A stretch of DNA of 64,000 bases from the human T2T-CHM13v2.0 reference genome, Homo sapiens (GCF_009914755.1 NC_060926.1), one strand, 5' to 3'. Positions 41,476 through 56,951 are shown, counted from the stretch's first letter. The notes: a model not told the origin generated them from the sequence alone. A program made the numbers and translations.

Positions 41476-41507
<32 letters not shown>
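41476..41507. repeat. (CA)n microsatellite
   Basis: acacacac run. Confidence 0.95.
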
Positions 41508-41509
<2 letters not shown>

Positions 41510-44500
41510 ATGTCTTTTTGGTAGAATGATTTTTTTTTTCTTTTGGGTATATACTCAGTAATGGGATTGCAGAGTCAAATGGTAGTCTGTGTTAAGTTCT
41601 TTGAGAATCTCCAAACTACTTCCCATAGTGGCTGAACTAGTTTAAATTTCCAACAACAGTGTATAAGCATTAACTTTTCTGCACAACCTCACCAACATCT
41701 GTTGTTTTTTGCCTTTTTAATAGTAACCATTGTGACTGGTGTGAGACAGTCTCATTGTGGTTTGAATTTGCATTTCTGTAATGATCAGTGATGTTGAGCA
41801 CTTTTTCATATACTTGTTGGCTGCTTGTATGTCTTCTTTTGAGAAGTGTTTGTTCATGTCCTTTGCCCATTTTTTAATGGGATTTCTTGTTTTTTGCCTG
41901 TTGAATTGTTTAAATTCTTCATAGATTTTTGATATTAGACCTCTCTCAGATAGATAGTTTGTGAGTATTTTCTCCCATTCTGGAAACTGTCTGTTTACCT
42001 TGTTGATAGTTTCTTTTGCTGTGCAAAAGCTCCTTAGTTTATTAAGTCCTTCTTGTCAATTTTTGTTTTTATTGCAATTGCTTTGGGGGACCCAGTCATA
42101 CATTGTTTGCCATGGCCAATGTCCAGAATGGTATTTCTTAGGTTTTCTTCTATGATTTTTATAGTTTGAGGTCTTATATTTAAGTCTTTAATTCATCATG
42201 AGTTAATTTTTGTATACGGTGAAATGTAGGGGTCTGGTTTCATTTTTCTGTATATGGCTAGCCATTTATTCAAGCACCACTTATTAAATAAGGAGTCCTT
42301 TCCCCATCACTTATTATTGTTGATTTTGTCAAACATCAAATGTTTGCAGATGTGGGACTTCATTTCTGGGTTTTCTATCCTGTTCCATTGGTCTGTGTGT
42401 CTGTTTTTGTACCATACCATGCTGTTTTGGTTACTGTAGCTTTGTAGTATAGTTTGAAGTTGCATAGGTTAGCTGCATTCCTAGGTATTTTATTATTTTT
42501 GTGACTGCTGTAATGGGATTGCATTCTTGATTTGGTTCTCAGCTTCAATTTTACTGCTGCGTAGAAATGCTACTCATTTTCATATGATGATTTTCTATTC
42601 TAAAACTTTACTGAAGTCATTTATAAGTTCTAATAGCCTTTTGTCAGAGTCTTCAGAGTTTTCTAGATAGAATCATATCATCTGCAAAAGGAGATAATTT
42701 GACTTCCTCTGCTTCTATTTGGATGCTTTTAATTTCTTTCTCTTGCCTAGTTGCTCTGGCTAGGACTTTCATTACTATGTTAAACAGATGTGGTGGGAGT
42801 GGGCATACTTGTCTTGTGCCACTTCCCAAGGGGAATGCTTCCAGCTTTTGCCTATTCAATAGGATGTTGGCTGTTGGTCTGTCAGAGATGGATCTTATTA
42901 TTTTGGCTTATGTTCCTTCAATGCCTAATTTGTTGACTTTTTTTAAAACATGAAGGAATGTTGGATTTTATCAAAAACTTTTCTGTGTCTATTGAAATGA
43001 TCATATGGTTTTTGTTTTCTATTCTATTTATGTGGTGAATCATATTTACTGATTTGCATATGTTGAACCAACCTTAAGTCTCAGGAATAAAACCTGCTTG
43101 ATTGTGGTGAAATAACTTTTTTATGTGCTGCTGGATTTGGTTTGCTTGTATTTTCTTGAGGATTTTTGTGTCTGTTTATCAAGGATGTTTGCCTGATGTT
43201 TTCTTTTTTCCTTGTGTCACTGTCAGATTTTGGGATCAGAATGATGCTGCCTTTGTACAATGGGTTATTAAGGCATCCCTCCTCAATGATTTTTTTGGAA
43301 TAATTTCAGTAGGGGGTACTAGCTTTTCTTTTACATCTGGTAGAATTTGGCAGTGAATCCATCCATCTTGTCAAAAGCCTTTTTTGGTTGGTAGTTATTT
43401 TTATTACAGATACAATTTTGGAACTCATTATTGGTCTGTTCAGGATTTCAATTTCTTCCTAGTTCAATCTTGGGGGATTATGTGTTTCCAGGAATTACTC
43501 TACTTCTAGGGTATCTAGTTTGTGTGCAGAGATGTGTTCATAATAGTTTCTAAAGTTGTTTTGGCCTTTCTGTGGGGTTGGTTATAATGTCATCTCTGTC
43601 ATTTCTTTTGTGGTTATTTGGATCCTCTCTTTTTTCTCTTTGTTAACCTAGCTAGTGGTCTACCAATCTTGTTTATTCCTTCAAAATACAAACATTTGGT
43701 TTTATTGATATTTGTATGTATTTTTACATCTAAATTGTGTTCAGATCTGCTCTGATTTTAATTATTTTTCTTTTTTTTGTCAGCTTTGGGGTTGATTTGA
43801 TCTTGTTTTTCCAGTTTCTCCAGGTTCAATGTTAAATTGTTAATTTCAGATATTTCCAACTTCTTGGTGTAGGTGTTAAGTCCTATAAGCTTTCCCCTTA
43901 ACACTGCTTTAGCTGTGTCCCAAAAATTCTAGAACGTTGTGTCTTAGTTTTCATTTGTTTCAAAGAATTTATTGATTTATGCCTTAATTTTGTTCTTCAC
44001 CCAAAAGTCATTCAGGGGCAAGTTGTTTAATTTCCATTTTATTGTGTGGTTTTGAGAAATCTTCTTGGTATTGATTTCTATTTTTCTTGAACTGTGGTCC
44101 AAGAGTATGGTTGGTATGATTTTGACTTTTTTGAATTTGTTGAGACTTGCTTTATGGCCAAGCATGTGGTCAGTCTTAGAGAATGTGCCATATGCAGATG
44201 AGAAGAATGTATACTCTGTTGTTATTCGGTGTGTAGTCTGTAGATGTCTATTAGGTCTAATTGGTCTAGTGTTAAGTCCAAAATATCTTTGTTAGTATGC
44301 TGTCTAAAGTTGTCAGTGGGGTATTGAAGTCTCCCACTATTATTGTGTGGTTATCTATGTCCTTTTGTAGGTTTCTAAGAACTTGTTTCATGATTCTGGG
44401 TGCTCCAACATTGGGTGTGTATATATTTAAGATAGTTAAGTCTTCTTATTGGATTGTACCCTTTATCATTAGGTAATGCCCTTCTTTGTAATTTTTGATC

Positions 44501-47471
44501 ATTGTTGGTTTAAAGTCTGCTTTTTCTGATATATGAATAGAAAATCTTGCTCTTTTATTCCATTTGCGTGATAGATCTTTCTCCATCCCTTTACTTTGAC
44601 TTATGAGTGTCATTACTTGTGATAAGGATTTCTTGAAGACATCATACAGTTGGGTCTTGCATCTTTATCCAACTTGCCACTCTATGCCTTTAACTGGAGA
44701 CATTTATAGCATTTACATCCAAGGTTATTATTGACATGTGTGATTTTAATCTTCTCATCATGTTGTTAACTGGCTGTTATGTAGACTTGGTTGTGTAATG
44801 CTTTATAGCATCAGTGGGCTATATACTTAAGTGTGTTTTTCTGGTGGCAGCTATCTTTTTTTGTTTCCATGTTTAGCATTCCCTTAAGGACCTCTGAGTA
44901 AGTAAGGCTGGTGTAGTGGTAGCAAATTCCCTTAGTATTTGCTTATCTGAAAAGGATTTTATTTCTCCTTGCTTATAAAACTTACTCTGGTGGTGTATGA
45001 AATTATTGATTGTAATTTATTTTCTTTAAGGGTGCCATCTCTTCTGGCTTGTAAAGTTTCTGCTGAGAGGTCTACTGTTAACCCAATGGGGTTCCCTCTG
45101 TACATAACTTATACCTTTTCTATAGCTGCTTTTAAGATTTGTTCTTTTGCACTGATCTTGGTGAATCTGATGATTATGTGCCTTGGGGATGGTTGTCTTG
45201 TATCATATCCAGCCAAGGTTGTCTGTATTTTTTGGGTTTGCATGTTAACTTCTCTAGAAAGATTAGGAAAATTTTCATAGACTATATCCTCAAATGTATT
45301 TTCCAAGTTGCTTATTCCCTCTCCTTCTCTCTCAGAAATGCCAATGAGTCACAGGTTTGGTCTTTTTACATAATCCCATATTTCTTAAGAGATTTTGTTC
45401 ACTTTTTAAAAATTCCTTTTTTCTTTAATTTTGTTGACTGTGTTGGTTCAAAGAAACAATCTTCAAGCTCTGAAATTCTTTCCTCAGATTGGCCTGTTCT
45501 GTTGTAAATGCTTCCAATTGTATTATGAAATTCCTGTAGTAAATTTTTCAATTCCAGAAGTTCAGTTTGGTTCTTTCTTAAAATGGCTATGCCATATTTC
45601 AACACTTGGATCAGTTTAGTGTTTTCTCTGGATTGGGTTTCCACTTTCTCTTGTACCTCATTGAGCTTCCTTGCCATCCAGATTCTGAATTCTGTGTCTG
45701 TCATTTTAGCCATTTAAAGTCATTGTTAGGGAGCTAGGTGTGATCATTTAAAGGTAAAGAGACACTCTGGCTTTTACAATTGCCAGAGTTCTTGCACTGG
45801 TTCTCTCTCATCTGTTAGGACTGATGTTCATTTATCTTTTGAAGTTGCTGTATTTTGGATGTAGCTTCTTGTTTTTATATTCTTCATTTCCCTTCAGAGT
45901 TTGACTGTGGTGTAAGTTGAGTGTAGTTGATTGGGTTCACTTCTGGATGCTTTTAGAGGGCCCATTCTCAGCTCAGCACTTCTGAGTTGTGTGCTCTAAC
46001 CCTAGGGGTCTGGGACTGGGCCCACAGCTTTGTCCTCTGGCTTCTCAATATTGAGAACCACCTGTGCTAGGGGGCGAGGTGCTCCTAGGATGCTGGTAAA
46101 AGTGCTCTGGCAGGGTGGCAGATACCACCATTGAAAGCATTCTTGTGGGGTGGTGGGGGCCATTGGTAAAAGGGCTGTGGTGATGGTTTCCAGTCAATGC
46201 GCTCGAGCAGAACACTGGAGAGTGTGCTGTGTGCCTGCTCCCACAGGACTGGTCAGGCAGGGACAGAGAGGGGCCAGAAGACAGAAGGGCAAACAGATCA
46301 GACTCACCCTGGTCCTGTGGGAAAGAGAGCCCTGCTCTTTCCAGGTCCAGCAGTTAACAAATGTCAGAGCCACCAGGAGAAATATGGAGAGCCTTAGGGG
46401 ATGGGTGCCTATGGCTGTGTTCTTTCAGAGCTTTCCCCGTGCCAAACCCCTCAGGCTCTGTGCAGACTCAGGCTCTGTCTCTGCTGACTCTCAGGTTGAA
46501 CAGCCCATGACAATTCAAACGTCCATGGGGGTCATGGGATCTCCTGCAGCTAGGATCCCAGGTATTCACATTGAGAGTGGGTTGCTATGTACTTTACTCA
46601 CCCCTTTCTTAGGAGCCGTTCAGGGCCAGGAAAAAGTCCTGGCACTCGGTAACTTCGTGCAGGGTTCCCAGCTTTCTCCCCTTTCAATCCTGGTGTCTGT
46701 GTCATCTCTCCATCCACCCCCAGTGCATTTCTCTTAGAAGTTCTGTTTAGAGTATGCTGGTCTACTCAATATTCTGGTCTTTTTCAGTGGGAGAAGCTCT
46801 TTTTGGCTGTCTTTAGTCAGAAATCTTGTCCCAGTCTCTGAAATTTCTAATCACTGATCTTGGTCAGATTCCATTAGTTTTCTTGATAAGATAATCAGAT
46901 GAACCAAACCAGTGTGAAACAATGTGGAACGAGCACACTAAGATTCTTTCAGCCAGAAATTAACTACAAAGACTAGTAGTGTACCAAAAGCAAGATAATT
47001 TTCAATTTGTATGAGAATCTTATTTTAGCAAGAAATCATTTTATTGTTGTATATCAATTTTGATCATCTTTTTAAATTTTTCTCTCTTTTTTCTCTGAGA
47101 TTTTTTGTCTGATTTTATCTGAGATAAAAAATCATTCTCTTCTCAGATTAAAAAGATTGTAGTGCAGTTTGGGAGAAGAGAGATACAGTGATCTGATGTA
47201 CAGGAAACATGAAGGAAAAACACTTTCTTTATTAAATACCACAAAGAAAATAGTTACAAAGAAGGCAACAAAGCAAGCACTCAATACACTGATGTTAAAG
47301 AACCATTCTAAAAATACTTATTGAGACATTTCAGCAAAGCAAAATTAAATAATAAGAAAACCTAAGAGATCAGCTGATAGTAAATGCTTGATTTGAGATG
47401 AGGCAGGTAGTAGCTAGATTTCAGCTATAGCTAATTTTAACATGGACCTTTAGATCTATGGATGGGAAAAA

Positions 47472-47582
47472 ATTTTTTTAGAGATGGTTTGTTGCCCAGG
47501 CTGGTCTAAAACCCCTGGGCTTAAGCAGTCCTTCTGTCTCAGCTTCCCAAAGTGTTGGGATTACAGGTGGGAGCTACCACAC
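47472..47582 (-). mobile_element. Alu monomer fragment (FLAM-like)
   Basis: gttgcccaggctggtc...cccaaagtgttgggattacagg. Confidence 0.75.
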
Positions 47583-47715
47583 ACACTTTACTTGGTTTTA
47601 ATAAATAAAATGAAGACTCATAAACTCACTACCTAACCCAAGACCTAGGATATTACCAATTACTTACATTTATTTGGATGTCACTCGTCTGGTCCCCTAC
47701 ATAGAAGTGACCACC

Positions 47716-48018
<303 letters not shown>

Positions 48019-48114
48019 CTAGCATTCTAAATTTGTTCTTTCATTTTATTTAGAGATTCATTACTTACATCGGTATGCCTAAATATTTGTACTTTTACTT
48101 GTCTTGTGAACTTT

Positions 48115-48147
48115 TTTTTTTAATTATACTTTAAGTTTTAGGATACA
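48115..48147 (-). mobile_element. 33-bp extremely 5'-truncated L1PA insertion
   Basis: attatactttaagttttaggataca matches the L1PA 3' end; TSD tgtgaacttt. Confidence 0.8.
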
Positions 48148-48949
48148 TGTGAACTTTAAGAAAAGGGAATCTGGTACTTGCTTTCTGACTCAACTTGATG
48201 TTACTAAGATTGATGCAAAAAAAATCCATGCATTAATTTATTTTCACTTTTATATAACAAAACTGGATGTACTACAATTTATTCAACAATTATTGTATAT
48301 TTGGGTTGTGCTAGTTTTTGCTGTTACCAACAGTGATGCTACAAACATTCTTTCTCATATCTTTTAGTGCACATATTTATAGATCCTCTTGGGAATTTGT
48401 GAGTCCAATTTGTGGAAATATTCATCTTAGAAAATAATGTCAAATTGTTTTCCAAAGTAGATGCATTTTACATTACTGCCAGCAATCAATAAGAGACCTC
48501 AGTGATCTGAAATTTGAGGGAAACTTCTTAATTTTTGCCAGTCGAAACTGTGTAAAATGGTATCTCAATGAGATCTTGAGGTTCTTAGATATGGTTAGAG
48601 GCTAAAAAATTCCTGAGATTGATCAAAGAGCATGATTTCTGAATTTATATTTTAATAGAGGAATTGAAAAGAAAATTGGTCATCACTAAATTATAACCCT
48701 GGAAAAGTAATGGGAAGAATCATCATAAACCAGAAAATACTAAAGAAATTTTAAAATATGAGCAAAAAGAGACATGAGAAAGTTAGAGCTGGGAGTTAAA
48801 GCATGTGAACGATAATAATAAGAGGGAGAAGGGAACAGATTGAGGAGGAAAAAATAATTAATATGCAGAAGTAAATGTGATTACATTTTTCCCCTTTGTA
48901 AATATTCACAGGTGATGAAGACCTTGCCTAATGAGGATAAAAATTAATT

Positions 48950-50640
48950 AAACACCATCATTGTCCTTGAGAATGCCAATACAGCACTGACAAAGATTTC
49001 AAGATTACATTTAAAAAGAAATCTCAGATATATGCTACTTATGAGAAATAAATGTATGAAACAGAATCAAATGTGTTAAAAATAAATAGGAAAATTAAGA
49101 AACCAGAAAAAAACACTAGGAGAGAGATATTAATAGTAGATATAACAAGATTTAAGGTAGAAAGCATTAATAGAACAAGAAAGAATAGATTTACAATGGT
49201 GAAATAAATAATACATGGAGAATTCTCAATAGTCTTAAAAATATTGCTTCATATAAGATAAAATGCTATCAATTGAAGCTAAAGTTAATCAAACCTGACA
49301 CTGACACACTTTAATACATTTTTTCAGAATCTGACAAAAAATAAACCAGGAGACAAAATACTGAAGTCATTTAATTGCTAATTTCAGATTAATAGATAGT
49401 CTAGAATTTTGATTTCATAAATAGAATATCCACTTTCTCTTTTCATTCATAAAACATTTAAAAATTCCATCAGTACTGATCAAGATTAGTTGCAAAATCA
49501 AAGTTTTTATGTTCCATATTCTGTATTAGTCTAAAATTTTAGAGAACAACAATAAAAATATAAGACCTCCCAAACAATAAAATATTTTAAAATTAAGAAA
49601 TACTATTCTAAATAACCATTAAACTAAAAGGAAATAAAAATTAAAATGGCAACTTGTCTAGAAATTAGCATAAATAGGACAACATCATCATAAAACTCAT
49701 GAGATTAGTGAATTCTCTATTTAGAGAAAAATGCACAGCCTTAAATTGTTTCCATCATTAATAAATAATTTACAAGTAAACCAGTTATGTAACTTTGAAA
49801 ACAAGAAAAAGAAAAGCAAAATAAATTAAAAAGTAGGAATGACTCTAGAAAAATGTGACTGTATAGGAAATAGAAAATTAAAAATTAATAGAAATAATAC
49901 TTAAAATTAAAAATAGTTTCTTTGAAAAGACCAATAAAAGGAAACATAGGCTTGATAATAAAGAAAGAAGAGAGAAAAACAAAGGTATGCATTTGGAAAT
50001 TTAAAAGTAGATAAAAACCACAAATGAGGAAGAGATTAAAGTATATAATTAGGAAGTCTATGGAAGAAGTCTTAAATCTAGAGAAAATGGAAAATATTCT
50101 GAAAAATATAGGTTACCACAATTATACCAAGAGAAGTAGAAAATTGAACATAAGTTAATTATGGAAAAAATAGACTGAATTATTTAGCATTAAAAAATAT
50201 GCTGTGTCTAGATGAATTCTGTTAAGTCCTGCCTGTCTTTCAGAGAAGAGAGAATTATTACAGTATACTTACAGAAAAATGTTGAAAGCCTCTCCACATT
50301 TAAGTTTACAAAGCTTAGAACCTAAATTTAGTTTTAAAATATGACAAAAAGGGAAGCTATAGGTTAATTTCACTTATGACTACTAATGAAAAATTAGCTA
50401 CTCCATAAACTAAATATAGTGGTGTATTGATACAACCAGGTCCCAAGACCAAGTGAAGCTTTCCTGGGAATGTAGGAATATTTTAATTTTAATATTAGTA
50501 AATCTATTAAGGTGATTTATTAAGTCAGCAGATTAATAAAACAAATGAATATACCAATAGATATTGAAATTTGATAAATTCAGTAGGCTACTGAATTTAA
50601 GTAAAATAGAAATAGAATGAAACTGCCTAAACGTGAGATA
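48950..50640 (+). mobile_element. highly degraded old L1 ORF2 (L1ME/L1M5-type)
   Basis: very A-rich; ttctttgaaaagaccaataaa, aaatctagagaaaatgg, gaccaagtgaagctttcctgggaatg motifs. Confidence 0.6.
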
Positions 50641-51397
50641 CATTCACACATATATGTGATGGAAAATTCCTTAAGGACAGTTGATAGTATTTGTTCATTT
50701 TTATCCTCGTTATCCAAGGTCTTATCACCTAGTGGAAACTCAGAGAGGGGAAAAAATATGTATTTCCCTTTTCCAATTTAAAATAAAATAATACCGGGGG
50801 AAAATAAGACTCTGTATACATGGAGATTCTGATGTACTACAAATAAAAAGAAAGACTAATGGAAGCCTGAGAAGTGGAAAAAAGGATCAACCAAGGTCAC
50901 ATGTATTCTTGTTTTATGGTTGTTAAGATACAATCCCATTCTAAATAAATAGCCTCGTGCATAAATATTCTCATAAATATGTGAGAATAACCTTGAAATC
51001 TTTTCTAACATTTCCTTTTCATTAACTTCTATGACGGTCTTTGGCATTAATGCAAATATGAAGGATAGTCACACTTCCGTGCCTGTTCTGTGGTCGTTGT
51101 ACAAGTACATCCAGGAGGTCACAGAACCTTGGAAAGTACTTTATTACACCATACGAAAACTCTCTTGTCAATCCTAATGCAATTTAATGTGCTGCTGCTG
51201 GTGCTTAATTTAATTCAGTTTTTTTTCTCCACTGGTTTTTGTTCTGTACTATCTATATTTTTATGAACTTCTGCTATATGAAATAATTTATATCTGAATT
51301 ATTGGCAAGTTCATAGTGAACATTTTCTGCATTTATACCTTTTTCCCTTGAATACTGAACAATAAATTAGCTACCTCAATTAGAACAACTATGTCAA

Positions 51398-51462
51398 CAT
51401 ACACACACATGCACACACACACATACACACAAATATACACACACAAATACACACACATACAC
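51398..51462. repeat. imperfect (CA)n microsatellite
   Basis: acatacacacacatgcacacac... Confidence 0.85.
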
Positions 51463-52403
51463 TCATGTTCTAGATTGGATCACTTAGTGGCATAACCCAT
51501 TAGAAATTATGGAATGCTTTTTTCCCGATAGTTAACATTTCCAAATAATTCTAGGTAAAATTCAATGAAGGTAAAAATCATGCGACTAAATGCCACAAGT
51601 AAATTGCTAGGAAAAAGGGAATTACTTCTGAGTTTAAAAATATATATTTTCAACAACTGTTAAAAATAAAAGCTAACTTGTGAATTCAAATGTCAAAGCT
51701 CCAAGAATGATGCTGGCAGAGGGAACAGTAGCACTATTTTCATTACTGTCTATAGCTTTCCTAGCACTCAAAGAAGAAATAAAGTTTAGATACCTCCATT
51801 TTATGTAAGATTTAAAAATGTATTGCCCTTTTTCACATTAATTTATACCTACCAGTTAGAGTTAAAGCATGTCAGTAGTGCTTCAGAAAAATCACATTTC
51901 TTTTCATTAAATTTTCATCTTATTGTAAACAGAAATCACTCCAAAAACAAACAATCCAAACACCTTCTACATATTCATTCTTAGACCAGAATCCTTTTGA
52001 AACTGAGCTATAAGAAAACCTGAATAAACATTCTGAGAGAATTAAATTAGCCAGTCATACTTTCTAGTACAAAGTTTCTATTCTATAAGGCTGACATGCA
52101 GATGGTACTCTCTTCTGTTTTCTTAAAGGTTAGTGATCTAGGAATAATTCTTTTAGAGAAGTATACATAGTCAAATATTTGGGGGATACTCAGTACTCCT
52201 GTAATAAGCCTTGCTAACAAAAAAAACAGGAAACAGAAAGGAACATAAGTCCTACCATAGGGATTTAAATATTATTAACTTGATAGTGCTTTTCCATAAG
52301 TGTGCCTCCATATGAGTACTTGAGATAATATATAGGCATTGCCTGTCACCTAATAATCAATTATTAAATGACAGCTATTATTTATTATCCTTATCATTTG
52401 CTG

Positions 52404-52677
52404 AGTATATATAATGTGCTACTGCACTACAGTATGATGCAAATATTTTACCTTTGTCCTCCCAAACACCCCTGTAGAATGAATATTTTAATGCCCTTTT
52501 ATACAAAACAAGAAACTGAGGATCAGAGAAACTGCCCAACAGTATATATAATGTGCTACTGCACTACAGTATGATGCAAATATTTTACCTTTGTCCTCCC
52601 AAACACCCCTGTAGAATGAATATTTTAATGCCCTTTTATACAAAACAAGAAACTGAGGATCAGAGAAACTGCCCAAC
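52404..52677 (+). repeat. perfect 137-bp tandem duplication within a MIR (-)
   Basis: 52404-52540 is identical to 52541-52677. Confidence 0.95.
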
Positions 52678-52879
52678 GCCTCACAGCATAATAGTCCAAG
52701 GTTAGATTAAAAACACTAGAACCCAAACACAGAAGAGAGTTTAGTGCTTTCCTGATATGCTTCCGTGATAAACTAAATATTAAAATAATTCCAGGCTTGA
52801 AAATAATGGCTAGGCCCACCAGGATCTTATTTTACTCAATACTTTTCCCCCTGAAATATCTAATTCTTTTATTTGGAAG

Positions 52880-53110
52880 GTGAGATTAAGAGTCTGGACT
52901 CTGGATTCAGATGGCTTGAGTCCAAATTCCTGCTGAGCCACTTACTCACTCTGTGACTTGGACAGTAATTAGCCTCTTTGTGCCTTTTTCTCCTGAGGAT
53001 AATAGTATATCTGTCATAGGACTGCTGTGAAAGTTAACCAAGTTCTTCTGTATGTCCAGTGCTTAGACTAGTACCAGGCACATAGTAAGTCTTGAATAAA
53101 CATTTGTTAT
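52880..53110 (+). mobile_element. MIR SINE
   Basis: ggactctggattcagatggcttgagtccaaattcctgctgagccacttactcactctgtgacttgg. Confidence 0.8.
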
Positions 53111-55059
53111 TACTATGAATATTTACATTTTATCTTATGTTTGGGAGCCCCTGCTTTTCCCATGTCTCTAACCAAGGTGCTTGGCCTGCCTATAATCCAC
53201 CTGGAGTACCACCTCCACATGTAGCCATCTGGCCTCAGGTGATGATCTAGTGGCTGAAGACTTTGAGACACAGACACCCTGGGCCTGTGGAGGAATCATG
53301 ATCACCATATTTCAGTGGACTAAAAGGGAGAGTAGGAAATGAAACAAGATGGGAGTAGGTTGAGGTCAACACTATCTCAGGATGAAGAGAATCAATAGGT
53401 AAGAACATGATAAAGACTTTGAAGACTTATCCTTGAAATGGGGTTGAGAGTCTCACATAACTTTTCATAGTCATTCTGAAATTCAGTTCCTTAGATTCCA
53501 AACCCTCAACAGGATTCTAGTTGCTCAAGCTCTGGAACAAATTCTTATAAAAGAATGAAATATCACTGGTGGTGAGGGAAAAGGTCAAAGTAAGCAAGAA
53601 GGTTAGAATGAAAGATGCTGGCTTGTTCCATTCATCTGTTTAATCCATCTGGCAGAATTATGAAACTCTATCCTCCATGGCATTTGGATATAAATCAGAA
53701 ATAGATTAGATTAGAGTGGGAGAAAAGAATGGAAAGAGTAAGAGGCTTCCTTTAGCTTCTCCAAGGTTGAACTGGCAAACAATCTTCGGCATTCAAGTTC
53801 ATTTTCGAATCAGGTCAATAGACCAGTGAGGGTAGGAGGTGAATGAGCAATTAAATTACATAGCTTCTTCACCAGCTCTCCAGATGAGGCATTCTGACCT
53901 CCAACAGTGTCCTTCCAAAATATTTCTCGATGCACCGACTCCAAATACCTCTTGCTCCCAAGAGCTCTAACTCAAGGGAGTGATGGATCAATAGAACAAA
54001 CTCCTAAGGGTCCCTCTTGTTTGCATGTGTGTTGAAAGATGTGTAAACATCTGTGTATCTTAGGAGGAAACATCTTGACTCTGGGTATGTGTAAGTAAAG
54101 CACATGTAAATTTTCTGCTACAGAATTGTATGTGAGGAGATGTAGGGGTATTGGTTTATGGGGATAGGGTGGTAAAACCCACTGAGAAAACGGTGGGTCC
54201 TTTAGGGCTCACCGAAGTTGCCATTTGAGCTGAAGACAGCAGACAGAGCATGAGGCCTTGTGAAGAAATGAAGCCCTCCTCTGATATCTGTCAAACGATG
54301 TTGCCAGTGACATTGTAAGGATAACATTTTACTTTCATTGCTGCACAAGTCAGAACATTTATCACCTTCCTATTATTTATTGGCTGTACCATTTGCTATA
54401 TATGCTTGTAATTAGAGGAATGTGAGTTGATACAATAGAAATAATTTTCCAAATTATTGTCACAGTTAACTCCAGGAACAATATGGTAAAAAAAAAAACT
54501 GTGTTAGAAAAACGTTTTGAATACTGGTATCAAACACTCACTCTAGCAAGCTTATGGAAAAGAGAAGAATGTATTCAGTGAACATAGGAGTGTTTCAGAG
54601 AATCTGTAAATAGTATGAAGGACAAAGCTTTAATTAGATACTTGAATAAGAAACTGGAAAACTCTCAGGAATCCAGGAAGTATTTCTCTTTTGCTTTCTG
54701 TGTAACTGGCTAATTCTTCTCTCTGTACAGCTTGGCTGTCCTTCCCTCTCTATTTGGCATAATGTCTGTATTACACTTCCAAGTTTCCATGTTCCAGATC
54801 CACAAAGAGTAAATGGCTTTTAGTCTCAATCAGATTTTTGAGAGAGAATATGGTCATTCCATCTTGAGTGTGATGTCCACCTCTATGACAATAGGCTATG
54901 GGCTGAAAAGAGGAAGTGTGGTTTCACACAAATACATGATATCCCTCTTGTTCAGAGAGGGCAAATAACTTATTGGCAAGGCAGACTTACTAAAACTGTC
55001 AACAGTAATGGTAGTGTTGTTGCTGATGATGATGTTGAAAATGACATGTTTAAGAATTC

Positions 55060-55935
<876 letters not shown>

Positions 55936-56263
55936 CCAAAAAAAAAAAAGAAGAAGAAGAAGAATTTGGCCACTATCGTGAAATATATGTGGGTATAAAT
56001 TCATGTCTTCTAATAAATAGCTTGACTTCTCTGGACCTCAGTTTGTTGTTTGAATACCAGTGATAACAGTATATATCTTATGTATAAGGTTGTTGGAATG
56101 ACTGAATTAAAAATGAATATAAAACTCTACTAATGGTTTCCAGAACATATTATGACATTTATTACATGCTGGATAGTGTATTCATTGTTTTAGGTATGTA
56201 GGCTTACTTAAGCCTTACAATAACCGTGAGAAGAAAATCAGATCTCCACTTGGATGGTGAAAA

Positions 56264-56951
56264 TGAGGCAGGATAAGTAAGGTTAGGAGGCCATACTGAC
56301 TTGTCCCCTTGCGTGAAGCCCTGCAGGCTCCTTTTGCATCACTTGCACCCCACCTTGTGTCAGCGCCTAACACTTTTGCAAGATAAGCAATCCTATAGGA
56401 TACCAGCTGACTTCCAGATAATTCCTGATACCCGATAGGCCCCCAGGAAAGAGAAAAAAAAAGCTCCTTATTCATTTTGTAACTTCTCTCCATCCAATCT
56501 GCACCAAAGCCCAAGAAGCTACCAGCTACAAACTCCTGCCTTATGGGAGCTGGAGACTTCTCTGGGGTCCCACATGCACAGCTAGTCTCAAGGTTTAGCC
56601 TACAGTAACCGTTTCCTCATTTTAATTGTAAAAAACATACCCCTAGGTGGAGATTTTATATGCTAATGACATATGTGATGCATGTTAGAGCATGTATATG
56701 CTGAGTGCATGTGCCAGCCACAGGTCTGCCTTTGCAGACTTGACCTCATCAGTATTTTATGAATATGTATGTACAGCTAGGGAATTCCCCTTAAGGCACA
56801 AGGAGCTGTCTGTCACTTTGAGCAGTACGCTCTGCTTCTCAGAGTGTACTGTTGCTTTGCAATAAACTTCTTTGTCTACTTATACTTCAGAATCTCTCTC
56901 AAATTCTTTTGTGTGACCAAGTCAAGAACTTGAACCAGCCCACCAACAACA
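56264..56951 (+). mobile_element. solo ERV1 LTR (MER50/MER4-group-like)
   Basis: starts tgaggcaggataag, has AATAAA near 56861, ends ...caacaaca. Confidence 0.65.

Larger units (their letters stand above)
40693..46830 (-). mobile_element. near-full-length decayed LINE-1 (about L1PA13-16)
   Basis: ORF2p remnants 42653-42859 ([17 protein letters not shown]) and 43977-44165 (MLGHKASLNKFKK); ORF1p remnants 45109-45713 (ENFPNL..SPRHIIIRFTK); 5'UTR to about 46830. Confidence 0.92.

Noticed and set aside
46150-46737. Longest ORF in the track (195 aa)
   Set aside because: Antisense read of a GC-richer old L1 5'UTR; non-ATG start and no recognisable domain
48912-48947. Strong + strand acceptor followed by VMKTLPNEDKN*
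   Set aside because: Abuts a degraded L1; such acceptors are frequent by chance in AT-rich DNA; no other support
52404-52677. CRISPR-like or array interpretation of direct repeats
   Set aside because: Only two abutting copies, no spacers, eukaryotic context with no cas genes
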